From Psammoneis japonica (Eukaryota), in NCBI GenBank assembly GCA_008632985.1, contig QPGO01000001.1, forward strand, positions 62,001-126,000: a stretch of DNA of 64,000 nucleotides, read 5' to 3'. A model generated the notes under the pieces. The model ran no database searches. It was given only the letters and a program-made list of their open reading frames with translations, and had not been told where the DNA came from. The first letter of the stretch is position 1, and each line of letters starts with the position of its first letter. Positions 39,050 to 52,501 of the stretch are shown here, piece by piece. The position numbers and the translations under genes are program-made.

Positions 39050-39779
39050 CATTGCGTTAAAAGATTCGTAACACAACGGATGATTTTCGGCGAAAACATT
39101 GCCGTCATTTGGATGTCACCTAAATGTGTCTTTCTGCGATGCCACTTGGCAGGTTTTCTACCTGCAAAAAAATCTCTGTGTGAATCTGCTGACGCACAAT
39201 CAGTGTTGAGTCTGCTGAGGAAGTTTGTGACACATGTCCCATGAGGATTTGAGTGCCCCTCAAAAAACCATTTAAATGTTCACACTCTAGAAGCCTGCAA
39301 AAGTCAATCCATCCAAGTGTTTTTGTTAAAATGCTGTGCACTAAAACACACATAAATTGCATTCAAAATCCGATTGTCTTTTGTGCATCACTGGAACACG
39401 TCATCTTCATCCCCATCACCAGAATTTTTGGTTGTTGCACACAAGAGCATCATGAGGCCTCCCGACCACTGGCATGATTGACGTTTGCATTTCAACCATG
39501 AAAGATGAGAAGCAGCAACTCTCAAGAGCACTGGTGGTGAGTTTTAGACACTGCAGAAACAAAGGGAATGGAGAGAGCAAAAACAATGTAGCAGCACACG
39601 CCTTGAGCACCGCAGATGGGATTGACATCGTCATTCTTTGAAAAGACCAATCAAAATGCTGCGAAGCATTCAGAACATTTGTCAGCTCAAGAATGTCAAT
39701 GTGAACAACTGCGTGTGACAAAATGATGGGAAAGCTCACATTCAGCCAACCTGATTGTTGCGTTCGACAGTGCGGTGAT

Positions 39780-40690
39780 TGCGAAGTCGCGTCGCTGTGC
39801 ATCCTGACCACTGGCATTTTTGATTGTTGCGTTTCAATGAGTTGAATTGTGCAGCATCTGAACTGCAGCAGAAAAGAGGAGAAATGGCAAGTCTCAGACA
39901 AAAAAGAAAGGAAACACAGAGAGAATCAAAATGACGTTGGCACATGCCTTCTGTCGCACAGTGGCACTGGCATGTGGCGGCATTCTGACCACTGGTGTTC
40001 CACCAGCATTTTGATTCTTACATTTTAATGTCTTGAATCACTCAGCATCTGAACCACAGAAGGCAAGAGCAAAAATGTTAAGTCTTGAACAACATGGCAC
40101 AAACCTGGAGTGTTGCACAGCGGCATCGGCGTGCACCGGCATCCCAACCAACAGCAGCACTCCACTGCCATTTTTTGTTCTTCCATTTCAATGTCTTGAA
40201 TTGATCATCACCTGAGCCAGCAGGCAAGAGGACGAACAGCAAGCCTCGGATGACAAGGGAAAAAGGGAGAATCAAAAATGCCGCACATGCCTTGAGTGTT
40301 GCACGGTGTGTGCTGGCATCCCGACCAATCATGCTCCACTGGCGTTTTTGATTCCTCCATTTCAACATTGTCTTGAATTGCTCTGCAACTGAGCTGCAGC
40401 AGGCAAGAGGAAAAGTGACAAATCTCAGACAACAAAGAAACAAAATGAAAAATCAACACAATGCCGCACATGCCTTGAGTGTTGCACGGCATGCACCGGC
40501 ATCCCAGCTGGTGGATTCCAACAGCATTTTTGATTCCTCCATTTCAATGTCTTGAATTGCTCAGCAACAGAACTGCAGCAGGCAAGAGGAACAATGACAA
40601 GTCTCAGACAACAAAGAAACAAAGCATGAGTCAACACAATGTCGCAAATGCTTGAGCATCTCACGGCATGCACCGGTGTCATGACCACTG
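39780..40690 (+). repeat. Degenerate tandem array, about 5 units of 165-190 bp; isolated copy near 42260
   Basis: TTGAATTGCTC..CAAC.GA.CTGCAGCAGGCAAGAGG at about 39842, 40032, 40195, 40372, 40551. Confidence 0.8.
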
Positions 40691-42968
40691 GGACTCCCAC
40701 TGCTCGAGTGTGGGTGGGCCCAAGCAATGCCAAAAACCATTGGCAGCTGTCACCATGTAATTTGGCAGTGTTTTGGTGCTCCACATGTGAGGCATTTATG
40801 TGGAAATTGCGTGTGTGCAAACATCAGGGGAAACGAGCGTGGAGAAGAGACGATGCGAGCAAAGCACGATTGCCGGAAAGAGATGCAATGAGAGCAATCC
40901 AATGACATTGCAAGGGTGCAAAAGAGAGAAAAGACCAGTTTGAGTTAGCACCATGTCTTCAATGAAAACGAACAAAGCAAGACAACATTGGCGTGCACAA
41001 AAACTTGCGCATGGAAGCACAGCACCAGTGCCTGAAAAATGACCACATCTGGGGTGACATGGAGCAACACAAGGAGGTGAGAACATGCTTTTCTACAAAT
41101 GCAAAGCAACAACAAGCAAACGACCAAAGCAAACTCACCAGCAGGGTCAAAACTTGGGGTGCCTGGATCGTCAATGGTGGGCAGGGAGGACAGATGGAAG
41201 AGAGGCAGTCTGGTGGTTCCACAGAGCAGGGTGACAAAAGCAGGTGGCAAATCGGCATGAGCAATGGTGGAAAGTCGGCACTTGGGATCAAGTGACTGTG
41301 GAGAACGGAGGCAGCGCCATGGTGGGATGGCATGGGCCGGGGAAAGAAGAAGTGCCATGGCGGAATGGCGTGGAATGGTGACGGAGCAAAAAATGGTGAT
41401 GGCAGTGGCGCAAACCCGGGACTTGGACATCCCTGTCTTTGAGTCATGTGCATCAAGATGCGGGTCAAGGAGGTTCAAGGTGAGTGCCATTGCGAACAAG
41501 AACGGAGAAAAAGACACACAATTCCACAAGAATCAGAGCTCAACACATTTTGAGTCATTCTGACCCATTCCAGAGCCAGGGCTCACTCACATGGCACGAC
41601 CCAATGGATTGTGACACTGTCAAGCAAGGCAGGGGTCGGAAGGCAGTGTTGCACCGGTCAAATCGGCCAAAAGCACCATTGTCGGAGGGAGCAGTGGGTT
41701 GTTGATCGGCCGCTCGGAAAAATTGTGAGCCATCAACTCGACCGCGCACCGTTTGGAGTCGCACAAAATTTCTCGGTGCAAAATGTGCACAAGTGTGCGT
41801 CAGCATAAAATTGTGCAGAAGGGTTGCAAGCAGAACCTCGCTGTCTCTCTGTAGACTGCAAGGATTCTGCCGTTGAACTGTGCCAGCATGAACAATTCTG
41901 CGTGGCCCATTTGAATCAATCCCACAAACGTTTTTAAACATTGATCCTGCTGACAGTTTCAGGTGCAAGATGAACACATGTGTGAGTTTCAATTGATTGT
42001 CATGTGCAATGTTGACAATTTTGAATGATTGCGCGACTGCCAGTCGGCATGAAAAACCGTTGCCAACAAGCAAACCTCAGCCCAACCAGAAGGCCACACG
42101 ACAAGCTGTGGGGTCGTTCTCGCCATTGTGCAACCCGCCTCGTCGGTCTCCACCTCATTGCTTGGACCCTTCTCGTCACTCATTGGGCTCCACAACAAGT
42201 GCACAGGGCGCGCACCTGCAGGGCTCCACTGGCATTGTTGATTGTTGCATTTTTAAAATTGGTTGAATTGCTCTGTGCCCAACTGCAGCAGGCAAGAGGC
42301 AAATGGCAAGTGTCAGGCAAAAAAGAAACAAAGGCAATGCAGCAGAGAAAATCAAAACAATGGTCTTGTTTTGCTGTCAACGGCATTTGCACAAAACCTG
42401 AAGTGCACGGTCGTGAACGTTGCGCAAGAGAAAAAAGAGGCATTCTCAGGAAATGCAGCAACACTGTGCGCAGAATGCACACACATGTCATTGCACTTGC
42501 ATGCCTTGCTTTGCTGCCGTCGCCATTTGTGTGGACTCCATTGTTGTTTTGCTGTCGTTGCTGTTCATTGTCAGCTCTTTCACTCATCCTGCGCTGAATT
42601 CTGCGCAGAGACAAAAACCAGGCGTGACACCCCGCGGTGCTTCACACCCGGGTTGTTTGTGCGGGTGTGACACCCCAGGTGTCGTCACATCCCATGAAAA
42701 AAGGGGGTGTGATGCCTGTTTCTGAATCCGGGCGTCACGCCCACCCGGGCGTGACACCCGTGCGAAATGCGCCCTCACTGAACGATTGCCAAATCTAGAC
42801 CGGGACTGGTGCGAGAGTCAGTCGTGCCTGCATCGCACTCCGCTGCCACGCTCAACGTGCCACATGCTCTCACAGCACACAGATGCAGCATTGCATCATT
42901 CCCGTTCGTGTTGTTGTCCTTGTTTCTTTGTTGTTCTTGTCTTTCAAAAGCAATGAAAAGAAGCAGAA

Positions 42969-45900
42969 ATGGCAAATGAAGCCGCTCCAAATGAGCTGAG
43001 AATCTGGCATGAGCTGCACGGCAAGCCAGCATCGGCGATGGCCCTGCTCATGCAGCGACCCCCCAAAACAAGGGTCACTGCCACTGCGCATGCAGTGACC
43101 CCCCAAAACGAGGGTCGCTGCAGCTGCGTTAAATTCCACGTGTTTGCACCAGGAAAATGTGCCTCCAACCCATCCAGCAGGCGTGAGCAACATTTTGTGC
43201 ACGAGAAAGAGTTCGTTGGGGCAGGCGAACAACATCACTCTACGATGCGACTGGTGCAAAATCCACGTAAATGCACAGATGCGCTCTGGAGCATGTGTGT
43301 GCAAATTCGAGCTCGCAAACAACAAGCAGGGATGATCGCTTCAAACGCCCTCATTGACGATTTCCGCAAGGCAATCATCTCGGAGAATCCTCCACTGCAA
43401 TTGCTTTCCCTGGGAACCATCAATGTCTGCAAGCCCGGGACGCCTGCTCCTGTTCCCGATGGAACTGAACGTGTCAACCCTTGTTGCAAAGTCGCTGATT
43501 TGGGTCGAAACACAGAGAGTGGTGCCTTGATTGCAGTTCCTCCTGCACTGCCTCCGACACAGCAGCAGCAGCAGCAGCAGCAGCGAGATGGCAAGTTGAG
43601 ATGTTGCTCTCGCGCTCAGTGTGCTTGCAGGTTGAACATCGATTTGAGCTGCATTCTCACCAGTGTCTCGCACAACTTGCACCAGCAAACCGGTCCTTGG
43701 TGTCTGCATGTGAGAGGTTTTTACCGCAGGATTGGGACGGACAAGCCCCAACCCTCAAACCCTTTCAACCAGCAGACGATGCCTTGTTCCACCACATTTT
43801 CAACGGGAGGGCACAGATTCCCTGCATCCCAAAATGTGACAAGCCCTCTCTTCTTCTTTTCGACCTGACAAACGAGGCACACAAAGAAACAGATGCCTGC
43901 AAGTGCATCAATGCAAGCAGGAAAAAGGGACCAAGCGCAGTTTGTGGCACATCTGGAGCGGGCAAGACGCAGCGTGGACTCGAGCATCTCTCCCAAAATT
44001 GTGGTTTCTACTTTGTTGTCAACAACAAAGACAATCCTGGCTCGGGTGATGTGAGGGGCTTGCTGCATGTCATCGAGGACAAGCTTGTTTGACATGATTC
44101 TGGTGCAGATCCAATTCGTCTGTCTGAAGACAATCTTGAGGTTGTGTTGAAGCACTTGAAAGTCTTGGTTGCTGCGCGGACAATGGTGTTTCATTGTCTC
44201 AAGAAAATCCGAGATCTGAGTTGCCACGAGTGGCTGCTCACTCAGCTTTTCCCCAAGGAATTCCTGGGGAAAGACGTTTTCAAGACTTTGATGATTGGTT
44301 GGTTGGAAAAGGACTTGCCAATTGATCTTCCCAAAGTGACAACAAACATGGCTTGTTTGGTTGACGAGGCTCAGACACTCAAGGACAAATTGCCTCATTT
44401 TTTCTTGTCGAGTGATGGAAAGTCCAAAAGATCTGCATGCAAGGCCTTTGTCCAGGGTTTCACGGGATTGTCCAAAGAAACACCCATCTTGGGTCATCCG
44501 GTGTTCAGTGGCACGGGCTTGTCTCTTCATGCATTGCAGAGCAAGACCAAGTCCGTGATGGCCAAACCACTTGTGCACGAGCCTGTCTTCACCAGCATGA
44601 AACCCCTGGGAGTGTCGGAAATTGCAGCTCATTTGCAACTTTTCTTGAACCTCAACGGCGTCGGGTTGGACCTGATTGAGCACATGGCAAAATGGTTGTG
44701 TGGTTGACCCAGGTGGGCTGCAACATTTTGGAGACATTTCTGCAGCACAAAAGCAGACAAGGGGGTCATGCCGCATCCTCTGGGACTTTCACGGAACACG
44801 AACGCCCAATCATTCAAGCTGTGGACCGTTGCATTGAAAGGGTTGCCACGGATGCGAACCAGTCCAACAGGAGGCTTTCGTGGACTTTGGGAGAAAGTTC
44901 GGCCTGCGCGGCTGTGAGCAAATTGCACACCCGTCGACTTGACAACAGCAACCAATGGTTGGTGATGAGTCAGCTCAAAGACGCAAGTTGTAAATTCGCT
45001 TTGTCCGGCAGTGCGATGACAGTGTGTGACACTGCCGCTTGCTTGACAGAGTGTGGCATTGTGTCAGTGGTGACTCGCATCGGTGATGAAGGTGATGAAC
45101 CAAGCGACCATGTTGACTGCAGGACAGATGAACCTCTGACAGTGCAATCGTGCATCAATTTTTTTGGAATCGACAAATTGCTTGAGGTTGAAATGGCACT
45201 GAAATGCAGAGAAAGTGAGAAAGGAAATGGCTTCGAACATTTTCTACTTCCTGCAATCCAAGGCAACTTTTCAAAGGTGATGAAAGAGCAGCTGGAAGAT
45301 GACATCGGTGACTTCGGTGACTGTTCTGTGCCAAAGCTGTCATCGCATGGTGTGCTTGCGCATGAATGCTCGGGCATCAACGAAACCCTGAATTGGCTCA
45401 GCAATTCAATGGATGCTCAACTCGAAGGCATCGTTGAACCATTTTGCTTTCCTGACAAGAGCATTGGCCCGGACTTGATGTTCTTCCTTAGAAATCTTGT
45501 CTGCAAAATGCGATTGTGTGTTGTGCAAGGAAAATTCAAGTGCAAAGTGAAAAATCAGGCAGGCACTCTTCGCACCATTGAACCCAAGCAATTTTATCAG
45601 GAATCGCGAAAATTGGGACGCAATTCTTCTCCTGCGTCTGTCATGACCAAAGCACAACATGAAACTTGGTCGACAATCCAAGAAACGTTGTTTAAAATGA
45701 AGAATGCCCCCGCTGAACAGATTGCACAGAATGGCAGACCCACGACACACGCCAACAAAAGCAAGACCAAGACGCGAGTGAAGCAAGAACGAAATGCTGA
45801 GGTTGCCTGGATGATGGTCCAATTTCCTGCGACTCGGACCATGTCAGCCCTGGTGCCGTTTGATGAAAAGAGCACTTGCGGCCTGCAATGCAAACGCCAC

Positions 45901-46020
45901 AAGCATGATGCTTTTTTGACAATTGATGGTGGATCTTTTGAAGCATGTCAAAAGCAGAAGTGGGGACAACGACGAGACCTGGAAGTGGTGACAGTTGCAG
46001 TCCTACAAGGTGCACTTTGA
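42969..46020 (+). pseudogene. Mutated Crinkler-like gene: ubiquitin-like header, P-loop NTPase, restriction-endonuclease-like domain
   Basis: Header IWHELHG...IDDFRKAIISENP; Walker A GTSGAGKT; GFYFV..NPGSGD; Walker B CLVDEAQ; FSGTGLS; KGNGFE; FPDKSIGPDLMFFL..VQGK. In-frame TGA at about 44090 and 44705, frameshift, Tyr replaced by Cys/His. Confidence 0.75.
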
Positions 46021-46529
46021 CAGCATGTCCTGCTGATCCATTGGCCACGCTGATTCGCCGTCCACTCCACAACATCATCACATCAGAAATCCCGAAGAGA
46101 GACATCTTGTGCTGGAGTGGCTTGTGATGCAGAATGATGTCGAAAGGTTTGGCAGAAGTGCCTTTTTCTGGTGGCCAAAACTTTGGTGCCACCAGGTTTC
46201 TCAGCTGGCTCCCCAGACTTTGCTCTGGTGCCAACACAACTGCAGAGTCCAGCAAACCACCCAAACTGTGCTCAACACATTGAGATTGTGCCTTGTGACA
46301 TGAAGAGTGTGCTCAAAAGAAAAAGCTGCAAACACTTTGTCACAAGTGACTTTTTTGCTGGCTGACACCTGGCCAATGTGCAGCTCTGCACTCACAGAGG
46401 CTGCTCTGCCACCACAACCAGGCTTCTTGCTTTGCACACTTCCCAGAGGTGGCTGCTTTGCCACCACAACTGCAGTTGAGCAAGCCACCCAAACTGTGCT
46501 CAACCCTTTGAGATGTTGGTCCTTTGGAC

Positions 46530-47364
46530 ACAAACAGTGTCCAGACAGAAAACGAGTCTGTTTGCAAACTCTGCTGGGGCAATGTCAGGCCAAAACAACA
46601 ACACAAGATGGTGAGCCAAGCCAACTGCCACTCTTGAAGTCCACCCCTGGGTCACATTGAGTTGTCTGGAGTCCTCTGCTGGCAACTGTTTGGTTTGTTT
46701 GTCATGCTTGAGGTGCCCATCCATTGTCCAGACAGAACTCAAGTCTGTCTGCAGACTGCTGGGGTGATGTTGGGCCAAAACCACAACACAAGATGAGTCA
46801 AGCCAACTGCCAATCTTGCAGTCCACCCCTGGGGTCACATTGAGTCATCTGGAGCCCTCTGCAAGCAACTGCTGTTTGGCTTGTTTGCCATGCTCGAGGC
46901 ATCCATCTGTTGTCCAGACAGAAAATGAGTCTGTCTGCAGACTGCTGGGGTGATGTTGGGCCAAAACCACAACACAAGACGAGCCAAGCCAACCACCACT
47001 CTTGAAGTCCACACCTGGGTCACATTGAGTTGTCTGAAGCCCTCTGCAAGCAACTGCTGTTTGGCTTGTTTGCCGTGCTTGAGGCATCCATCCTTTGTCC
47101 AGACAGAAAATGAGTCTGTCTGCTGCCAGCTTTGGGGAGGATTTTGATCCCGAACAATGACAGATGAGCCTTTCTGACCAAAATGAATGCTCTTAAAAAC
47201 CACCTCAGGGGCACAGTGAGAAGGCCAGAATCCTTGGTTGACAACTGCACAGTCAGTTTGTTGCACTTGAGGTGTCCATCCATTGTCCAAATGAAAAAAT
47301 CAAGTCTGTCTTGTGCTGGTCTTGGGCAATGTCAGGCCAAAACAACACCAGATGAACCAAGCCA
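46530..47364 (+). repeat. Tandem array, about 4.5 units of 186 bp, interrupted by nested insertions and resuming at 52892
   Basis: GTCCAGACAGAA at 46539, 46726, 46912, 47097, variant at 47285. Confidence 0.9.
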
Positions 47365-47785
47365 GGGAGTCGCCTCAAACACGTTGAAAGCATGGAGGTC
47401 ATCATCATGCGCGTGATGGCGCGCGTGTTGCAAGCGAATGCGTGAGCAATGAGCACGTCCGTTAAATTCACTTCATTTGTAGATGGACATCCTGCACAAA
47501 TTCTGCAGTTTGGCACTGCCCTCAGTCTTTACTGCTCATGTGCAAGTGCATTGGTCATCAGTGCACCTGTGTTTTCATGATCCAACGGACATCTCAAAAA
47601 CGTTGAAAGTTAACACGGTGAAAGTTAACACGTTGAAAGCTGTGTCTTTCAACGGATTTCCGTTGAAAGCTGTCTCGTTGAAAGTCAACACGTTGAAAGC
47701 TGTGACTTTCAACGGATTTCCGTTGAAAGTTAAAAAACGTTGAAAGTGCATCTTTCAACAGATTTCCGATTTCCGATGACATCAT

Positions 47786-48663
47786 CTACACGTCCCAAAG
47801 CGGCGAGCCAAATTCCAACTGGTGCTGCGCGATGACGCACACTGCCTCGAAGCAGCGGCGGTGTTTCTCGACGCCATGCCGAAACGTCCCGGAGAGGCAA
47901 GCGAAGTTTTTGATGCGGGCATTGAAAGCCTCTTGACGAGACCGAGCCCGGCTCTTGAACTTTTGTAGCTCAGGTGAGTCATGGGGGTTTGGTGTGCTGA
48001 TTTTTTTTCTCGCCTCGGCAACCGTCTTTCCTGCAGGCATTTTTTTAACAAGCTTCTCTCGGAACATCGCAAGGTCGTGCTTGGAGGCCTTGGCCGGCCC
48101 TCTCATCCATGCAAGCCGGTTCTCATAAATTGACAAAGCGAGTTCACATGTCAATCCGGCTTGATTGGTTTTGTGTGAGTGGCATTCCTTGTTTTTCCCA
48201 CACAGCAGGTGCTGGGGTTCGTTCACCCGGCAGTGGACGCCGTCCAAAGAAATGACAAAAATGGGTGAGTCACAAGCAGAATGCTTCCATTCTTCTGGCC
48301 AAACAACTTTCTGTTTCTTGAGTGCTCGCATCTTTTTAACACAAAACCAAACCCACTTCGTGCCGTGTTCTCACAGATTTTGAAAATGGCCGATCGGACT
48401 TCCTCCGTTTCACAGAGTTTCAAGAAATTGAGGGCCATCAGAAATGAGCCCAAGCAGACATCTTTAAGATCAACCCGGGCTTTTTCAATCTGAGTTGTTT
48501 GGAGGTCATGGAACACGTGTTTGCAAACTCTAGGAGAGGAGCCACGCAGCTTCTTGAATCGTCTGATGTTGCGATCTTTACAAGACTTTCTTTGGCGATG
48601 TAAGTTGATGCCATAGAGCATCAGACCCTTTTGGAGCAATGCAGCGGTCAAAACTTTGATCAT
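47786..48663 (-). pseudogene. Harbinger DDE transposase (DDE_Tnp_4-like), inactivated
   Basis: ISLDGVHCRVNEP, SHKTNQAGLTCELALSI, HDLAMFR, RARSRQEAFNARIKNF, FRHGVEKH; frameshift near 48350; the DxGY motif expected after GKTV appears deleted. Confidence 0.88.
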
Positions 48664-49044
48664 TGCACAGTCCAGCTCTCAGTGAGACATGAGATGCAAC
48701 AATCAAATTGTGGAGGTCTTGCTGTAGAGTCTTGTGGGATCGCGGCACTCGTGTGGTTTCTAAAACGTTCATGGGACCTAGCTCCAACTACATCAGCATG
48801 CACTGGGCACTCACATTGTCACAGCCTCCTGCGCATTGTGCTGCAAATGTGAGCTCAGTTCTCTACATGCACTGCTTGTGCTGTTTGCGCCCACCAGTGG
48901 TGTGTCAATTCAATCGACACCACTCGCTGCTCACGACACATGTCTTCACGATCGTGAGCACAATCTACGCTCGTCAGCAAGATTCACGCTTGCTCAGACT
49001 TCCAGTTCTTGCCAAACTAAAACACAGAGACAATGCCAAGCAAC

Positions 49045-49345
49045 ATGATCAGCAAAGGAGACATTGTAGACATCACCGGTGGGACCCATGGGGGCCAGTG
49101 GGGAAAAGTCAAGAAGATCACGCCAAAAAAGGTGAAGGTTTGTTTGCCCGACGAAGATGACGTCCACTGCATGTCTCAAAAGCATTGCAAGAAAGTGAAC
49201 CCGGAAGCAGAGATTGAAAAGTTGTGCCTCAAGCTGTTCCACATGGGTGTCAACGGCAGCGGCGTCAACCAACTTTCGTCTCACATGGTCGGGACGTTTA
49301 AAGCGCTCCAAAAGGATGGCGAGTCTAAGAGGGCCAGGACCAATT
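49045..49345 (+). pseudogene. Small KOW-motif ORF inside the Harbinger element
   Basis: KGDIVDITGGTHGGQWGKVKKITPKKVKV fits the KOW pattern; 3' end uncertain. Confidence 0.55.
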
Positions 49346-49409
49346 GCACAGGAGAGAGCATGCCTGTGGGATGGACTGCTTGCCAATTGATCCAATTGTT
49401 CCAAGTCCT

Positions 49410-50184
49410 TCAACTGCTGGCGTGTGGTGACATCTGCTGCTCAGTTCGCGTCTTCTCCTCCCGGCGTTTGCACCAAGCTGTGTGCTCATGTTTCTTTGCT
49501 TCTTGACAGATGTGCTTCCGAAAAACTTCAAGAGAGAAAACTTGATGCTCCTTTTGAGAAAGACGGAGCTCTTGGGGGGAGAGCACCTTGTGCCTTTTGT
49601 TGTCAATGTCCTTTTTTAAAGAAGCTTCCGCCTTGGATCCCTCCCAACGTGGTTCGCCGAGAGAGTTGAACAGTTTCTTGGGGAAGAGGTGCCTGTCGTG
49701 AGCCAGAGCCAGTTCTTCTGTGGCAGCTCGGTGTTGATCTTGGACAGCTTTTTCTCAACAACACTCGACACGTGCTTCAAAAAAATTAAAGCTGAACTCC
49801 ACAAACTCTGGACGTTGCCAGCAGACATCCTCGGCTGTCATGCTGCTTTCGTCAGTTGGCACTGCGCCTTTTCGTAGATCCTGCTTGAGCAGTTCTTTTG
49901 CCACACTTTTCCTCCAACAAGCCGATTCATCAATGACTTCTTCCTCCCACACAAATCCGTTGCTTCGTAGCCTCTCCAACAGTCAGCTTTCTTGCCGGAC
50001 ACCGCGAGTCCATGTTGCGCAAGAGATCTTTCAGCTCCGGAACTTTCATCTTTGTGACACCATCCAAATGAATTTCACCTTTAGAATTTTTGAGCTGTTG
50101 GATCTCGTCATGTCCCTTTCTTTTCTTTTTCTCCTGTTTTTTTTAGGACGCGTCGCCCTTTGTTTGGCAACTGCTGCAGCCCAT
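49410..50184 (-). pseudogene. Harbinger accessory ORF with SAP-like motif, broken
   Basis: KMKVPELKDLLRNM...ERLR (SAP-like); WRKSVAKELLKQDL...AEDVCWQRPEF; ALAHDRHLFP...GEPRWEGSKAE...VFRKHICQE across frameshifts. Confidence 0.55.
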
Positions 50185-50403
50185 GGTGAAACTCCCTTGC
50201 CACGCTCGGAGCTTCGCGTGATGACTCGTTTCCTGCGCTTTATTTTTCTGACTCGAAACACGACTCACTCAAGCAGCGATTGAATGCCAACCATAAGTTA
50301 AAGTTGAACGATCAGATTATGGTCATTCAAGTGCAGGAAAGAAATGAATTGGATTTGAAATTGTTTTCGAGCCGATTCGATTCATTTCGCTGGCACGTCG
50401 TCC

Positions 50404-51780
50404 ATGAACAAAGACAACATCGGCAACTGTCATCGCAGGAAACGCCGGTCGCATCAACAGCCTTGACGATCCAGCAGTCGAGGACTGCCAGAACACATTG
50501 ACAAAGCTCTCGTCCAACACATCGAGGAAGCAGGCGGAATCGGATTCGGAAATCTGAGCGGTCCCATCAGTGTTCGAAAGCTGTGCACAGGCAGAGAGGA
50601 TCTGCACGGAACACCTGGATCCGCACTGAGGGAGAAGGCATGCCAACGAGTCGCATTCCTTCATCAACTTTCTGAAGCCGAATGCTGCAGACACGTTGTG
50701 GACATTGGTGTTGAACAGTTGACAACAAGAAGAAGAAGCAGCATGTCATCATCGTCGTCTTCATCTGAATCAGAGGAATGGCCTCTAAAAACACCGCAAA
50801 TCATCGGCCTCAAGAAACACCGCCAACAGTCACGCAGCGCCAAATCAAAATCCTCGTCGGGATTTGCTCTCCACCCCGAAGAGCATCCAGTTCGACATCG
50901 CGGCGGAATCCATTGGTGTCGCCTCCTCCTCATTGTCACGACCCAAGAAAGGTGAGCATCATTGTTTGCATGTCCTCAAGAATTGTTTGCCCACACTCAC
51001 AATGTGTTTGCTTTGCTCGCCATTAAAGAAATTCCGGTGATCCCAGTCGACCTGGAAGACCCGACCAACCACGGGCCCCTCCGGAATGTTGTCGTTACTT
51101 TCTTTCCGAGGAAGGTCCTGAGAGTGATGGGAAAGTCCACAATGGTTTCGAGACAATGATCTGTGGTCATGCCAAGGATTGTGATGACCGCCCACATCTC
51201 GCTCAGGTGGTGTCCGACACCGACCTTCTCTTCACGACCCCGATGGCCCCTTACCCGTGCCGCGAGGAACATGAAAAATTCCATGCCAAAGCGGCAGAAA
51301 TGGGTGTGGCTTGTGACAGGACGAAGATGCCGCACACAAAGGCCACCCACAAGCTTCACGAAACACAAAAGGAACACGGTGTGCAACGCAATCATTTCAT
51401 TTTGCAATTCCCGCCGTCGGTCAAGCTCTCAAAGCACTGCTGTGCGGATGAGGATGGGATCATCAAACCCAAATGGGCGAGCAATTGTTGTGTGTCTTTT
51501 GCAATGGTGTGTCAGCCTCTCACCTGTTTCCTTGGTTCATTCGCACCAGGTGCCCTTCAAGGGCGATGCACCCACGATCAAGTCACACAAGGGCAAAGCT
51601 TTTGTCCATGTCACGGACTCCATCGTGTGGAATGTTGCTGTCCAAATGGGCGTTGATGGCGTCAAAGACTCCGTTGATGAAATCGACGAGCATCTGGCCA
51701 ACGCCGTGAAGAAAGGCGTGGCTCTCGATCAGTGGTCTGTTCAAGGTCTTTGCTGGTGCAGTAAATTAGACTTGTTCTAG
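50404..51780 (+). pseudogene. Fourth, apparently spliced, accessory ORF of the Harbinger element
   Basis: RGLPEHIDKALVQHIEEAGGIG...DLHGTPGSALREK, then EIPVIPVDLEDP..., ...ILQFPPSVKLS and ...IVWNVAV, separated by intron-like segments at about 50952-51028 and 51476-51549. Confidence 0.45.
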
Positions 51781-52501
51781 CAGGGTCATTTTTGCCGGCA
51801 CAGCAGACGACAGAGTGTGTTGGCGAAGTTCTGCAGACGTTGCCATGTGCTCCACCGGTGTCCTCACTCTTGCAGACTGCATCGCTCGTGTCAATTGTCG
51901 TGTCATCATTCACAAGAGGGATTTTGAAATTCTTGAATGCCGAAACGACCGGGCTAGAGGTTGGGGCCCTTAAAGTCTACCACGATCGAATGCCGGTAGT
52001 CTAGAGCTCTCTCCACTGCTCTAGCAGAGAGTGAGTCTATGTTTTTAATCTACTCTAGCGCGGGCACCTAAAGCTGGATAGACTTTCAACAGATTTCCGT
52101 TGAAAGTTAAAAACGTTGAAAGTTAATCCGTTGAAAGTTATATCTTTCAACGAATTTCCGTTGAAAGTTAAAACGTTGAAAGTTAAAGCGTTGAAAGCTA
52201 CATCTTTCAACGGATTTCCGTTGAAAGTTAAAGCGTTGAAAGATCAAACGTTGAAAGTTAATCAACGCAGGACGATACTATGACTCCATTTTTATGAACA
52301 CATTCATAGATCTGATTCAAACATTTGTGTATGACTTATATAATTATTAAAGTGCCGTTGTACATCATAAAGTTATATAAATAATGAATCCTTTAATTCC
52401 CTGTTATGAACATACTTGAAATCAACATATATCTGTTAACATATAAATGCATTAAATCTCCACATCATATGGTGCTTTCAACGTTTTTGAGGCGACTCCC
52501 A

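Larger units (their letters stand above)
37778..42780. mobile_element. Decayed 5-kb TIR element
   Basis: CAGTGAGGGCGC at 37778 and GCGCCCTCACTG ending 42780; shared subterminal motif GGGTGTGA/TCACACCC; the flanks rejoin into a sequence resembling 37338-37370. Confidence 0.7.
47366..52499. mobile_element. PIF/Harbinger-like DNA transposon, full length, mutated
   Basis: TIR GGAGTCGCCTCAAA(C/A)ACGTTGAAAGCA at both ends; 3-bp TSD CAG (47363-47365 and 52500-52502); subterminal GTTGAAAG arrays at 47595-47770 and 52080-52265; DDE transposase inside. Confidence 0.92.

Noticed and set aside
47595..52265. GTTGAAAG arrays as CRISPR repeats
   Set aside because: No unique spacers, irregular and palindromic spacing, located in both subtermini of a transposon, eukaryotic context and no cas genes.
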